Position numbers and translations under genes: made by a program
Shown: positions 8,692 to 20,956 of the stretch, piece by piece
How positions within the stretch are numbered: the first letter of the stretch is position 1
How the letters are laid out: each line of letters opens with the position of its first letter
Notes under the pieces: generated by a model
The model's database searches: none
What the model saw: only the letters and a program-made list of their open reading frames with translations
Told to the model about the DNA's origin: nothing
Source: an uncultured Solirubrobacteraceae bacterium
GTDB taxonomy: Bacteria; Actinomycetota; Thermoleophilia; Solirubrobacterales; Solirubrobacteraceae
Assembly (NCBI GenBank): GCA_963819435.1
Contig: CAWFWA010000013.1
Span: 146,392-210,391 of the forward strand
Length of the DNA stretch: 64,000 nt
Direction: 5' to 3'

Positions 8692-9831
8692 TCAGGAGTC
8701 GCCGTGCAGCGCAGGCGCGTACACCGGCTCGTCGTCGCGCGCCGGCTCGCGCGTGCCCTGCACGATGCTCGCCAGCGCCGAAACGGGCGGACCGAAGCGC
8801 ACCATCCCGGCGAGCGAGCCAAAGCCCCAGCCGAGATGCATCGTCGGCAGCACGGCGAGCAGCAGCGCGCCCTCCGTGCGCTGGCCGGGACGGGCCGCCG
8901 TGGCGGCGGCCGTGGCGGCGACGGCGGTCATGTAGGCGAGCACCGCCGCGCGGGCGGCCAGGCGCATCCGCCGCGGCGCCAGCACCGTCGCGAGCAGCGC
9001 GAGCGCGAGCGCCGGGGGGATGAGATGCGACCGGCGCATGCTCTGCGGGTGGCGGCGGAAGGTGCGCGCGCGGTAGAGGCCGTAGCGGTAGTACTGACGC
9101 GCGAGGCCCTTCAGCGAGTCGCGCGGCACGTAGTAGCCGGCCATCTCGGGCAGACACACCAGGCGCGCGCCGCGGCGCAGAAAGCGCGACGCCATCTCGG
9201 AGTCCTGGTTGATCGGCCAGCGCTCGTCCCAGCCGCCGATCTCCAGCACGCTCTCGCGCCGCCACACGCCGCAGAAGACGCCCGTGTCGAGCTCGCGCTC
9301 CTGGGCGCTGTCGAGATCGTCGTCCCACTTGCGCGATCCGCCGCGTCCCAGACGCGAGGCGAGCGCCAGCCTAACCGCGCCGGAGACCGGCCCGACGGCT
9401 CGCGGCACCTGCGGGCCGCTCACCCACTCCGTATCCCCGCGAGCGAGGCGCTGGACGCCGGCGGCGAGGTAGCGATCGGCGTAGTAGGTGTGCGCGTCCA
9501 TGCGCGCGACGTAATCGCCGCGCGCGGCGCGCAGGCAGACGTTCAGCCCGCTTGCGGTCTGGCGCCCGGGGTTGGAGAGAACGCGAATGCGCGGGTCCTC
9601 GACTGCGAGCTCTTCGAGGATCGCACGCGTGTCGTCCTCGGATTCGCCGTCGGCGAACAAAAACTCCACGCGGCCGTCGAACTGCTGGGCCTGCATCGCG
9701 GCAACGCTGTCGCGGATGTCGCGCGCCTCGTTGAGCACGGGCACGAGCACGCTCATGTCCACGTGTTCCTCAGACGGCGTCGGCGCGGCGTGCAGGCTGT
9801 GGTTCGGAAGAGCGGTCACGCCTGTGTTCAT
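8692..9831 (-). CDS. Glycosyltransferase family 2 (ExoA-like); start uncertain
   Basis: VPVLNE, DGESEDDT, RMDAH, GGWDE..INQDSE, C-terminal TMs with MHLGWGFG. Confidence 0.9.
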   Translation of the reverse strand: MNTGVTALPNHSLHAAPTPSEEHVDMSVLVPVLNEARDIRDSVAAMQAQQFDGRVEFLFADGESEDDTRAILEELAVEDPRIRVLSNPGRQTASGLNVCLRAARGDYVARMDAHTYYADRYLAAGVQRLARGDTEWVSGPQVPRAVGPVSGAVRLALASRLGRGGSRKWDDDLDSAQERELDTGVFCGVWRRESVLEIGGWDERWPINQDSEMASRFLRRGARLVCLPEMAGYYVPRDSLKGLARQYYRYGLYRARTFRRHPQSMRRSHLIPPALALALLATVLAPRRMRLAARAAVLAYMTAVAATAAATAARPGQRTEGALLLAVLPTMHLGWGFGSLAGMVRFGPPVSALASIVQGTREPARDDEPVYAPALHGDS

Positions 9832-9893
9832 TATGCTGCCTGCCCCGCCGGAAACCGGCGTGCGAAGCCCGCCAGGCAGATCGCAATGCGACC

Positions 9894-10667
9894 GTGACCG
9901 ACGCAATCGTCCTTTGCTACCACGCCCTCAGCCCGACGTGGCAGGCGGCACTCTCGACGACTGCCGAGCGCTTCGACGAGCAGCTCGCGCTGCTCGTGTC
10001 GCGCGGCTATCGCGGGGTTACGTTCTCCGAGCTGGTGGATTCGCCCGATGCGGGCAGGACGTTCGCGGTGACGTTCGACGACGCCTACCTTTCGGTACTC
10101 CAGGTCGCGCGGCCGATCCTCGATCGCTACGGGCTGGCGGCGACCGTGTTTGCGCCGACCGACGGGGTCGACGCCGAACGACCGCTGAAGTGGCCGGGCA
10201 TCGACCAGTGGCACGGCGGTCCGCATGAGCGCGACCTCGTGCCGATGACGTGGGAGCAGCTGCGCTCGCTCGCCGCGGCGGGCTGGGAGGTGGGCTCGCA
10301 CACGGCGACCCACCCGCACCTCACGCAGGTCGAGGACGCGGCGCTGCGCGAGGAGCTCGTTCGCTCCAAAGCCAGATGCGAGGAGCAGATGCAGTCGCCG
10401 TGTCCCACGCTGGCCTATCCGTACGGCGATGTCGACGCACGCGTTGTCGGCGCGGCCGCGCGAGCGGGCTATTGACGGCGGCGGCTCTGCCCGCCGTAGC
10501 TCGGCGGGCGCGATCGCACTGCAGTGGCCGCGTATCGGCGTGTACTGCATCGACGACGAGCGCCGTTTTGCCTGAAGGTCTCCCCGGCGTCTCGCTGGCT
10601 GCGAGGGTCGCCGCTCGGCCTCCTACTGGACGCTCGGCGCCGAGCGAAGAAGAAGCGGCAACCCTGA
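9894..10667 (+). CDS. Polysaccharide deacetylase (CE4/NodB); frameshifted near 10470, end approximate
   Basis: LCYH, TFDDAY, GSHTATHPHL, AYPYG; WPRIGVY continuation in another frame. Confidence 0.85.
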
Positions 10668-10689
10668 TGCATAGACTGTTGCCCGTCCG

Positions 10690-11478
10690 ATGACCGACAA
10701 GGCACAAGCAACGGAGTCCAGGGACCTCGACGGCGCCGTCCAGGCGCTCGCCGAGATGGAGGTATGGCTGCCGAAGCTGCTGCATCGCCTGCAGCCCTTC
10801 GCCGACCTGAAGCCGGGTGCCGACGTGCTCGACGTCGGCGCTGCGCAGGGCGTGACCATGGTGGCCTTCAAGCGCGCGGGCTACAACGCCAAGGGAGTCG
10901 AGCCATGGGATCAGGCTGGCAGGTCGGGGAGCAGCTCGCTGAAGCGGAGCGAGACCGGCTATGACATCGTCGAGGTTGTGCTGAGGCCGTGCCGTTCCCG
11001 GACGACAGCTTTGACTACGTGCACGCCTACTCGGTGCTCGAGCACGTGGATGATCCGCTTTTGTCGATGCGCGAGGCGTACCGCTTGCTGCGCCCGGGCG
11101 GCGCCTACCTGTTCTCTACGACGAGCGCGATCTCGCCGAGACAGGTGGAGATTGCGCGCTTTCCGCTATTCCCCTGGTATCCGCCCCGTATACAGCGGGC
11201 GATCATGAAGTGGGCCGCAGAGAATCGGCCGTGGTTGGTTGGTCACACCTCTCGCCCGGCGATCCATTGGTTTCGCCACCGTGAGGTACGCACGGCAGCT
11301 TCAGGCGATCGGATTTCGCGAGGTTGCCGACCGGTGGACCGTGCGTGCCAGAGCCAAAGGCGATCAGTCGGGCTGGCGCCGAGCAGATGGTCGAGCAACT
11401 CGCCAGCCGCAACCGGCGCGGTACGGCCTGCCGGGGATAGCGCCGCTCCCGGCCTCGAGTGACTTCGCCGTCAAGTAG
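10690..11478 (+). CDS. Class I SAM-dependent methyltransferase; frameshifted
   Basis: VLDVGAAQG; PFPDDSFDYV, VLEHVDDP, LLRPGG in the following frame. Confidence 0.85.
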
Positions 11479-11500
11479 GCTCCGAAGGACGCTTAGGAGG

Positions 11501-12833
11501 CTAACCGCGACGGGGCTTGGTCGCGCGGCGGCCGTGGCGGTGCTTGGTGGCGTGGCGGTGGCGCCTAGCGGCGTGATGGCGCTTGGTGGCGTAAGCCTGC
11601 GTTGCGCCGTCCACCTGATGGGCCGTCGCGGCTACCTGAGCCGGTCGGGTGTGGCGTGCTTTTCGCGGGCGGCGTGGGGGTGCCGGGGACCCTCCGCCTT
11701 TTGCGAAGGGCGCGCTTTCGGGAACCTGCAGGACGGCACCCGAACCGAGGCCCGCAACTACGGTGGAGCATTTGGATCCGGGCGGGACGCGGTACCCGCT
11801 TTCGGCGCTCGGATCAGTTCCGCCTGCGATGCGGTCACGTTGGCGTCGGCGGAGAAACCGCCGGCGAAGGTGTTGATGCCGCGCGCCGAGACGCAGTTGT
11901 TCTGTACGACGTTTCCGAGACCCGACTGCGTTGCCGGAGGGTAATACGATTCGATGTCGCTGCGAATGTGCGAGTTGATGATCAGGTTGTGTTCGACGAT
12001 GTTGTTGCTCGAGGACTGTGACCCTTCGCCACCGCCGATGACTCCCTCGCCGTTTTCGACGATCACATTTTCGCTCACGACGGTGCCCTTAGAGTTCGGG
12101 TAGAACTGGATGCCGCGGTCGATGTTGTGGTCGATCAGGTTGCCGACGATGTGGGTGTTCGTCGCGTCCTCGACGTAGATGCCATGGTCCTGGTTTCGCG
12201 AGGGCAGCAGGCCACAGTCGTGGACGCGGTTGTGGGCGATCGCCGTCCAGTCGGCGGCGCCCCAGGCACCGCTGCCGATCGTGAAGCAGATTTCGGTGTG
12301 ATCGTCGGTCACATCATCGGATTCGAAGTGGTGTGGTCCGCGCCAACATTGGGGCTCGGCAGCGGCCGACCGCTCTGGCCGTTACCATCGAGACTGAGGT
12401 CGGCAATCGTAATGTAGTCAGAGCCTTCGGGCACGTCGATGCGTCCGGTGATCTGTGCACGTTCGCCGGGCGCCGAGCGCAGCACCAGCGGCGCCGTCGC
12501 GGTTCCGCCGCGGCCGGCCCGCAGCCCGCCGGCGTAGGAGCCGCCGCGCAGGCAGCCGACCTGTCCGGGCGAGAGGGATTCCACGAGGGCCTGGGCGGTG
12601 CGCAGCGGCGCAGCCTGCCGTCCCCGCCGCTGCGTCCGAACCGCAGGGAGCTGCGTACTTCGTGCAGTTCGTGGGCACTTCGGCGCGGGCGCAGCCGGGC
12701 AGTGCGCAGGCCAGCGCAGCCAGGGTGATCGCTGCGCCGAGAAGCCGGCGAGGCAGTGCGAGCTGATGCGGCGGTACTGGACTGCTGGGGCCTGCGGTGA
12801 AACTCGTGTTGCGCGGGTAATCATGTCTGGCAT
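11501..12833 (-). CDS. Secreted right-handed parallel beta-helix protein (pectate-lyase-like fold) with basic His/Arg/Lys tail; frameshifted
   Basis: APLRTAQALVESLSPGQVGCLRGGSY; HNRVHDCG..DHGIYVE..NLIDHN.DRGIQFYP; tail ATKRHHAARRHRHATKHRHGRRATKPRRG. Confidence 0.8.
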
Positions 12834-13043
12834 GGTCTCCGTTAAGGGTGCGATGCCTGCATCGACTCCCTCCCCCCTCCCGTGACCAAGCGCTCGCCCA
12901 CATCGGACAAATGTCCAGCGCGCGTCCACGCCGGTGCGCGTCCACGGCCCGTGACCCGATCGCTCGTCCATACCTCCCTCACTCCGCTCGCATAGGCGCT
13001 ACCGTTCTGGGGATGCGCAGCCGATCGCTGCCACGCCAGAGCC

Positions 13044-14623
13044 GTGGAACGACCTAACGATCCGGCAGAGCGGCCGATGGCTGGCGCCGCAGGGCCCGCG
13101 CGAAGGCTCTCGGCCACTACGTCGAGATAATCCGGGAGCGGCGCAAACTGATCATCCTGTGCGTGGTGGTCGTGACGTTGGTCGCCGGCGCCTACGCGAA
13201 GCTCGCGTCGCCTGAATACAAGGCCGAAGCGCATCTGCTCGTCACACCGGTCAACTCGGAAACGAGCCTGATCGGCCTGGGCCTGATCAGCTCGACCGGC
13301 AATCCGACCGGGGACGTCTCCACCGCCGCAAGCCTGGTGACCACCTCCGAAGTCGCGGCGCTCGTCGCAGCGAAAATCGGCGGCACGACCGGCCGCGCCG
13401 TGCTCGGCGAAGTAAGCGCCGTGCCGGTCGCTCAGAGCAACGTCGTGGCGGTCACCGGCACAGCGTCCACCGCCCACGGGGCCCGAGCGGTCGCCAACGG
13501 ATTTGCGATCGCGACCGTCCAGAACCGGACGCGGACCCTGCATCGCCAGCTCGAAGCAATCATCCCGACACTCAAGTCACAGGTGGAAACCCTGCCGCGA
13601 CCCAGCGAAACGGGCAGGGATCGCTGGGCGAACGACTTGCCTCGCTGCAGACCCTGCTCGCGGGACCCGACCCCACGATCTCGGTGGAGTCGCTCGCCCA
13701 GCGTCCGGATGCGCCGTCTGGCCGCGCACAAAACTGAGTGTCATCACCGGAGCACTGGTCGGGCTGATCATCGGCCTTGGGGCGGCTTTTGCGTTGGAGA
13801 GCCTCGACCCGAGAGTACGTCGCGAGGAGACGCTGCGCCGTATGTTCCGTCTGCCTGTGCTCGCACGCGTTCCGCGCGAGCGCCGACCGGCCTCTCGCAA
13901 CCTTCCCGTGCGTCCCGGTGAACTCTCGCCCGCTGCCCAGGAGAGTTACCGAATGCTCCGCGTCGCACTCGGCGCGCGCGCGCGCGTCAAGGGCAGTCGC
14001 TCGATCATGGTCACAGGATCGACCCGCTCGGAGGGCAAGTCGACCGTGTCCCTGAACCTCGCGGCGACGCTGGCCTTTTCCGGCCACAAGGTCGTCCTCG
14101 TCGAGGCCGACCTGCGCCGGCCCTCGCTCGCCGGCGCGCTGGACCTGCTCGCCAAGCGCGGCAGGCGAGGGACGGCCGGTGTGCTGATGGGTGAGATCAC
14201 GCTCGAGGACGCGCTGATGCCCGTCACACAGCTGAGCGACAACCTCAGCGCCCTGCTCGTAGAGCAATCCGCGCCGTACATGGCGGACGGCCTTCTCGCC
14301 GCGAGCGACGAAATCGTACGCCAAGCAGAGGGGATCGCCGACTACGTCATCTTCGACTCGCCGCCTGTCACGGAGGTCAGCGACGCCGTCCCGTTGAGCC
14401 GCCACGTCGATGACGTGCTGATCGTCGCGCGGCTGGGCCACAGCCGCGTCGACCAGCTGGTGAACCTCGGCGAAGTTCTCTCGCGCCAAGGCGTTCGCCC
14501 TCGGGTTTGGTGATCGTCAGCGACGACGACAGCCACGGCACCGGCTACTACGCGCCCAACCCCTCTTCGGCCAACCGGCCCGGGGGCAAGCTGCGCGATC
14601 AGATTCCCGCGATCGGGGCGTAG
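13044..14623 (+). CDS. Wzz/Wzc-type polysaccharide co-polymerase fused to BY-kinase domain; frameshifted, ends approximate
   Basis: N-terminal TM then PEYKAEAHLLV; ESYRMLR, Walker A EGKSTV, EADLRRP, IFDSPP; GYY near C-terminus. Confidence 0.85.
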
Positions 14624-14630
14624 CACCGCC

Positions 14631-16046
14631 ATGAACACGCGGCCGCGCGCGCTCGAGCTGGTCTCGTCGACGATCCTCGCGGGGGCCGCGATCGTCGGTG
14701 TGCTCGCAGCCATCCAGCCGCTGATCGCGGTCGGCGTAGTCGGCGCGATCGTGCTCGCGTATGTCGTCTTCAACGACCTTGCGATGGGCTTCGCCGTGCT
14801 CGCGTTTGTCAGCTTTCTCGACACGCTGCCCACCTCGGGTGCACTCAGCCTGGCCAAGGGAGCCGGCGTACTCATCGCGCTGGCGTGGCTGGCGAGCTTC
14901 GCCATGGACCGAAGCGGCGAGGGCGACTTCTTCTCCGAGCACTCGCTGCTGACGTGGATTTTGATCGCATTCTTCGGCTTGGCCACGCTGTCGCTGCTGT
15001 GGTCCCCCAACTTCGGCGTCGCAGCGGAATCGCTCACCCGCTACGCCCCGAACATCTTGCTGCTCCCGATCGCCTACACGGCGATCCGCACGCGGCGTGA
15101 CATCAAGCTGGTGATCGGCGCGATCATCTTCGGCGCGCTTCTGGCCGCGGCGTTCGGCATCCTGCAGCCGCCGAACCCCAACCTGATCGCGGAAAGCTCG
15201 CGTGCCAGCAGCACCGTCGGCGACCCGAACGAACTCGCGGCCTTTATGCTCGTCGGCCTCGCGCTCGGCGCTGCGATTGCCGTCGGGCAGGACGGCCACC
15301 GTGGATGCGCTTCGCTGGCGCTCTCGCGGTCCCGATGTGCGCCGCCACCGTGTTCCTCAGCCTGTCGCGCGGCGGCCTCGTAGCGCTCGGCGCGAAATGA
15401 TTGCCGGCACGCTCTTCGCCGGGCGCTTTCGCGTGGTCTCACGGGAATGCTGCTGCTGGTCGCGCTGGGCGGCGTCGTCTACTTCACCGCAATCGCCCCG
15501 CTCCCGGCGCGCGAACGGGTCACCTAGTCAAACGGCGGGACGGGACGTTCGGACATCTGGAAACTCGGCCTGAGGATGGTTCGGGCGCATCCCCTGGAAG
15601 GCGTCGGCGTTGGCCAGTTCCCGGAGGTGTCAGCGGACTACGCGCTACAGCCCGGCACGCTGGAACGTGCGGATCTCGTGTTCTCCAGCGCGCCGAAGGT
15701 AACGCACAACACCTATCTGGAGATCATGTCCGAGGATGGCATCCCCGGCTTCCTGCTGTTCCTCGCGCTGCTCGGCTCGTGCCTGGCCGCTGCGCTGAAG
15801 GCGGCGCGTGTGTGGGCCGCGCGCGGGGATCCGGCGATGGAGGCTCTGGCTCGTGCGGTCTTCCTCGGCCTGCTCGGCATGCTCGTCGCCGACTTCTTCA
15901 TCTCCGAGATGTACAGCAAGCTCCTGTGGGTCATGCTCGCGCTTGGCCCGGCGCTGCTGGCGGTCGCGCGTGCGGAGGCCGCGGCAGCGGAGACCGAGCA
16001 GACAACGCCCGCCAACGCCTCGCGAGCACTCACGCGCGTCTACTGA
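14631..16046 (+). CDS. O-antigen ligase/Wzy-type polymerase (no TPR tail); frameshifted
   Basis: Polytopic; GDPNELA, SLSRGG, GRSDIW, HPLEGVGVGQF, THNTYLEIMSEDGIPG; directly follows Wzc. Confidence 0.85.
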
Positions 16047-16100
16047 GCCAACGGCCCGCCCGGTCGCGCGCGGCGGGCACTACGGCAGGGCGCCGCGCCT

Positions 16101-17213
16101 TCAGAGCAACGAGCCGTAGATCGCGCAGATGCGCGCGCACCACGCGTCTACTCCCGCGTGCTCATGCACCCACTCGCGGTTCTCCCGGCCCTCTACCGCG
16201 CGCTGCTGGGGCGGCAGGTCGAGCAGCGATCCAAGCTGCCCGGCCAGAGCGCCGGCGTCTTCGCGCGCGAAGGTCGAGACGTAGGGCGCAGCGGCCCAGC
16301 TCGAGGTGCCCTCGATGTCGGACATGACAACCGGTAGCCCGCACGCAGCCGCCTCGCCGATCGCGGCGGCGTGCCCCTCGTGACGCGACGCGCTCACGAA
16401 CACATCGGCTGCCGCGAACAGCCAGGCGGCGTCACTGACGAATCCCTCCGGATGCAGCCAGCTCGGCGGCTGAGGATGATGCTGTGCGAGAAACGAGCGC
16501 ATCCGCTCCTCGCCGACCAGCAGCAGAACGGCGGCTCGCGTTGCTCGGCCAGCCGGCCCACGGCGTCGATCAGCACGTCGATGCCCTTCGCCTCGGGCCA
16601 CCAGCCGAACGCGAGGACCACCTGAGCATCGGGGTCGAGCCCGAAGCGCTCACGCGCGGACGCGCGGTCGGGAAGCTGCTCGAAGCGTTCGGAGGCGATC
16701 GCGTTGGGGATCACCTCCACCATCTCGCGTGGCGCACCGCGGCGCACGGCGAAGTCGGCGAGCCACTGCGACACGGCGACGATCCGCGCCACCCGCCTGC
16801 GCGCGACGAGGCGCATCTTGATCAGGTCCGTCAAGCACCAGTTCAGCGGATAACCGTCAAAGCCCGTGTGAAAGTGCCACACACGGGGATGCCGGCGGCC
16901 TTCGCCGCAGCCGCGCCCGACAGGTCAGCCGCGGTGAAGTGGGTGTGCACCAACAGCACCGAATGCTCGGCGATCACGCGGTCGAGGTGCGAACGCCACT
17001 CGCGACGGCTCGCTGGAAGCGTGGACCACGTCACGCCCGCGCGCTCGAGCTCGCTCAGCCACGCGGGCCGCTCGTCGCCGGCGCCAAGTACGAAGTGCGA
17101 CGAGAGGCCGAACTGGTTGCGCACGGCGCGCGCGAGGGCGATCTCGCTCGACATGAAATTGCCCAGATGGGGCTGTGCCAGAGCGTCACCTGCACGATCG
17201 AACGGTCGCTCAT
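16101..17213 (-). CDS. Glycosyltransferase family 4; frameshifted
   Basis: VHTHF, IVAVSQ, VIPNAI, KGIDVL, ADVFVSASRHEG...EAAACGLPVV; ATGA overlap with upstream gene. Confidence 0.85.
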
Positions 17214-18754
17214 GGCCGGCTCTGAGCGGTCCACGGGCGGGCGTCGCGCCGCCTGCGCAGCGCGGCGCTCAGCGAGCGCAGCGCAGCGGGAAGGCGCGCT
17301 TGGCGGCGACGCAGGTCGATCGCCTCGAAACGCCCGTCGGCGCTGTAGGTGTGGGTGGCCCGTGCGAGCGCGACGTAGGCAGGGTCCAGGCGCGCGATCT
17401 CGTGCTCGGCGTAGCGCTCGGTGGTGATGACATCGATCTCACAGAACACAATCAATACACCGTAGCGACGGCTGCCGTCCTGCCCGGGACGCACGAGCCG
17501 CCCGTCCCAGCTCTGGATCGCGCCGGCCGGGCGAGCGCAGCGCGCGTCGGAGACGGACCGGGTTCAGCGAGGATTGGGGATGCCACGGGCCCCGCGCCGC
17601 GTCGGCCCAGAACAGATGCAGCTCGTCGAGCGAGCTGGCGTCCTGCGCCGCGACCGCAGCGAACAGCCAAAGCCGACCATCGTGCGATAGCACCATAGCC
17701 ATCGGCTGCGTCGATCGAGTCCAGCAGCACGGCCTGGCGCTCCCAGGAGCCGGGAAAGTCAACGGCTCGATAGAGCTCCACGCATTCGCCGCGGAGGTCT
17801 CCGGGATCATCAGCAGCTCGCCGTCGTGCGCGAACACGAAGGGGTAGGACAAGTGATACGGACGTGCGAGCACCGTTGCCGGAGCCGGTGCCGCCCGCCA
17901 TAAGGGCGCCAGCTCGGTATGCAGATCACTGCGTTTGCGGCGCCGGGCTGGATCTCCTCGCAGAAGAGGTGGTGGCGCCCTTCATGCTCGAACAGGAAAG
18001 GGTCTGCGACCCGTGCCCGGGCTCCAGCACACGAGCTGGCCGGGTCGGACATCCGGCGGTCGCGACCGTTGGCGCGGGCGCACGCGAACGACTACGGCCG
18101 ACCAAGGACCCCATGGACTGCGACCATCGGCCATGCGACGAGCGAGCGAGCGATCACGCGGCTGAACGCGACGGACGTCTGCGCGGTGATGCCGCCAGGG
18201 AGGGCAAGCCCGGGCAGGCGCTCGGCCGCGCGCGGCAGGAGCCTTGCGAGCTTCCACAGGACCAGGTCGCGGCTGAGCGTGATCGAGAAGGCGCGCAGCT
18301 CTTAGACGGTCCGCTCGACGAGCGTCAAGACGCCTGCGTGTTAGGACGACCTCTGACTCGATGCTGGACGCCCCAGCGATCACGGCACGGCACACCGCGC
18401 TCTCGGCCGGCTCGATAGCCCTGCGTGGCGGAGATAGAGCAGGTCGCGCTGCTCATCGTCTGGCGGCTTCCGTTCCGACAGCCAGACCACGAGAGCCTCG
18501 GGCGCGTCCTCGCGACCGGCCCGGCGCTCCTCAGCGACTGTGGCCGGCGCCAGGGCATCGGCGCCGATGTGCAGCAGCCGTCGCTCGGCCGCCCCGTGAG
18601 CACGGCGCAGCGAGCCACGCGGGGCGACGGGCCGCAGGCGCACCTCGATCAGCCTGAGATCGCTCGCTTGCCGCAGGTGCTCCAGCGCCCGCTCCTGCCA
18701 GGCGGGGTCGGCGGGCCACGAGGACGATGAGGTCGCCCGCTGCTGCGCGTTCAT
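17210..18754 (-). CDS. GINT1 N-terminal-like (GH43-type beta-propeller) domain protein; heavily frameshifted
   Basis: Fragments ADPFLFEHEGRHHLFCEE, YHLSYPFVFAHDGELLMIPET, DELHLFWAD...GPWHP, RPGQDGSRRYG, THTY. Confidence 0.7.
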
Positions 18755-19947
18755 GCGCTGGGAACGGTGCGCCCCGTCCGCTGCAGGAGCTCGGTGTAGA
18801 GCTCTTCCACGTGGCCGACGACCGCGTCCAGGTCGAACTCCGAGCGCCGTCGCGCGCGTCCTCGCTGCCCCATTTCCGCGGCCCTGTCCGGGTCGCGCAG
18901 CATCTCGTCCAGGGCAGTGGCGAGCGCCTGCGGATCCGCCGCGGCACGAGCAGGCCGGTCACGCCATCAACGATCATGTCCGGCAGGCCGCCGACACGCG
19001 TGCCGACAACGGGCAGGCCCGCGTCCATGTACTCGAGCACCGAGAGCGGGCTGCCCTCGAAATCCGAGCAGCAGACCGCGATGTCAAAGGACGCCAGCAC
19101 GTCCGGAATGTCCGTCCGCAGGCCGGCAAAGATCACATTCTCGCTGATCGCTAGATCGTCGGCGAGTCTGCCGAGGCGCTCGCGTTCGGGACCATTGCCG
19201 ATGAGCAGCACACGCACGTCCGGCCGCGCGCGCGCGATCTCCACCACAGCGTGGAAGAGCACATCGTGCGCCTTCTGCGGCCGCAGCAGGCCGACCACAC
19301 CGATCACGGGCGCGCTCGGCGCGATTCCGAGCTCGGCGCGAACGTCGCGCCCGGTCGCCGGCGGGAACGGCGGCACGCCGTTGGGGATGAAGATCGTGCG
19401 GTCCCGATCGATCCGCTCGATATCGGACATCCGCCGCTGATCCTCACGCGAGACAGCGATGAAGCGGTCTGCGCTTCGCGCGATCAGCTCGCGGTCGAGC
19501 ACGCGTCGCCACGGCTTGCCTTCGTAGGACCAGGTGTGCTCGTGCGCGAGCATCACTGGGACGCGAGCGATGCTGCCGACGATCGACCCCCAGACGTTGG
19601 AGCCGAACTTGTGGGTGTGCAACACGTCGACATGTTCGCGCCTGAGGAAGCGCTCCAGCCCAGTCCATGCCGGCACATCGAGCTTGTGGCGGCGCCGAAG
19701 CGGCAGGAAGCGCAGCCCGGCTCGTTCGAGCGGTTCGAGGGCTTCGGGCCCGGTGGCGTCCTTCTGCTCATAGTCCGCAGGCGTGGGCCAACGGCTCACG
19801 CAGAGGACCGACTCGAAACGTTCGGGATTTAGGTGTGTGGCTATGCCGTTCGCCAGCCGCTCGGCGCCGCCATGAGCGCTGAGCAGGTCGACGAGGGTGA
19901 CCACACGTGGCCGGCCGTCGCGGGGGGCGTGAGGGTGCGTCGGCCAT
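18751..19947 (-). CDS. Glycosyltransferase family 4; frameshifts near both ends
   Basis: GGAER, LHTH, HEH, IPNGV, LRPQKAH, EGSPLSVLEYMDAGLPVVGTRVGG. Confidence 0.9.
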
Positions 19948-20177
19948 CGGTGGGGCCATCGTATGGCGCGTCACCAACGCGCCCGGTCGATGCTCCAGGC
20001 GTACAGCGGGTGGGTGTGCGCGTGTCGGCATGCTCTAAATAGGGCGTGCAGCGCCGCGCGCGCCCCGGCGGGGCGGCGTCGAGATGCCCGTCCGCTGCCC
20101 TCTCCATTGTCATCGGCGCAACGGCCGTGGAACTTGAGATGCGCGCAGCCCAGTGCCCAACGGCTAGCGTTGTGCGC

Positions 20178-20956
20178 GTGACTGGCCAGCTCACTCCGAC
20201 CCGGCCGCGGACGAGCTGGCGGACTTTTACGAAGCCGCGTATTCGACGGACTCGCGGCAAGCCTCCCTCTACTCGCGACTGGCGCGCGCTCGGCGCGGTC
20301 GGCAAGGCCGACCACGTGATCGCGCTGTGCGCGCGCGCGCGGCCTCGCGCCCGGCGAGCACGCTGGAGGTCGGCTGCGGCGACGGCGCGCTGCTGTGCGA
20401 GCTGCACGCGCCGCGGCTTCGGCGGGCGGCTGGCGGGCGTGGAGATCACCGAGGCGGCCGTCGCAGATCGCCCGCGCGCGCGCGCAGATCGACTCCGTGG
20501 CGCTGCTATGACGGCGCGCACCTGCCGGATCGCCGACGGCGCGTACGAGCTCGGCATCCTCTCGCACGTGCTCGAGCACGTGCCCGACCCGCCGGCGCTG
20601 CTGGCCGAGGTCGCGCGCGTGTGCGCGGCGGTCGTCGTCGAGGTGCCGCTCGAGGCGAACATGTCGGCGCGGCGCGCCGGCAAGCGCGAGCACGCGGCCG
20701 AGGTCGGCCACCTGCAGCGCCTCGACCGCGCAGGCGGCGGGCGATCGTGGCCGAGCCGGGCTGCGGATCGCCGCCGAGCTCGAGGACCCGCTGCCGCTGG
20801 CGGTCCACCGCTTCTTCGCCGACGGCCGCGCGCGCGCGCGGGCCGCGCGCGAAGTGGGCGCTGCGAGCGGGCGCTCCACCGCGCTCGCGCCGTCGCTCGC
20901 GCGGCGGCTGTTCACCGTCCACTACGCGTGTCTGTGCCGTGCCGCCGGGCGCGTAG
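20178..20956 (+). CDS. Class I SAM-dependent methyltransferase; frameshifted
   Basis: TLEVGCGDG, LSHVLEHVPDP, VEVPLE in alternating frames; TAGCGT 7 nt before GTG. Confidence 0.75.

Noticed and set aside
11501-11600. Short GGTGGCG-type repeats as a CRISPR or DNA repeat element
   Set aside because: Irregular, no spacers or cas genes; explained by the coding His/Arg/Lys tail on the minus strand
19971-20141. Possible small minus-strand ORF ending HPLYAWSIDRARW
   Set aside because: Needs a frameshift to join to a start codon and has no recognisable motif
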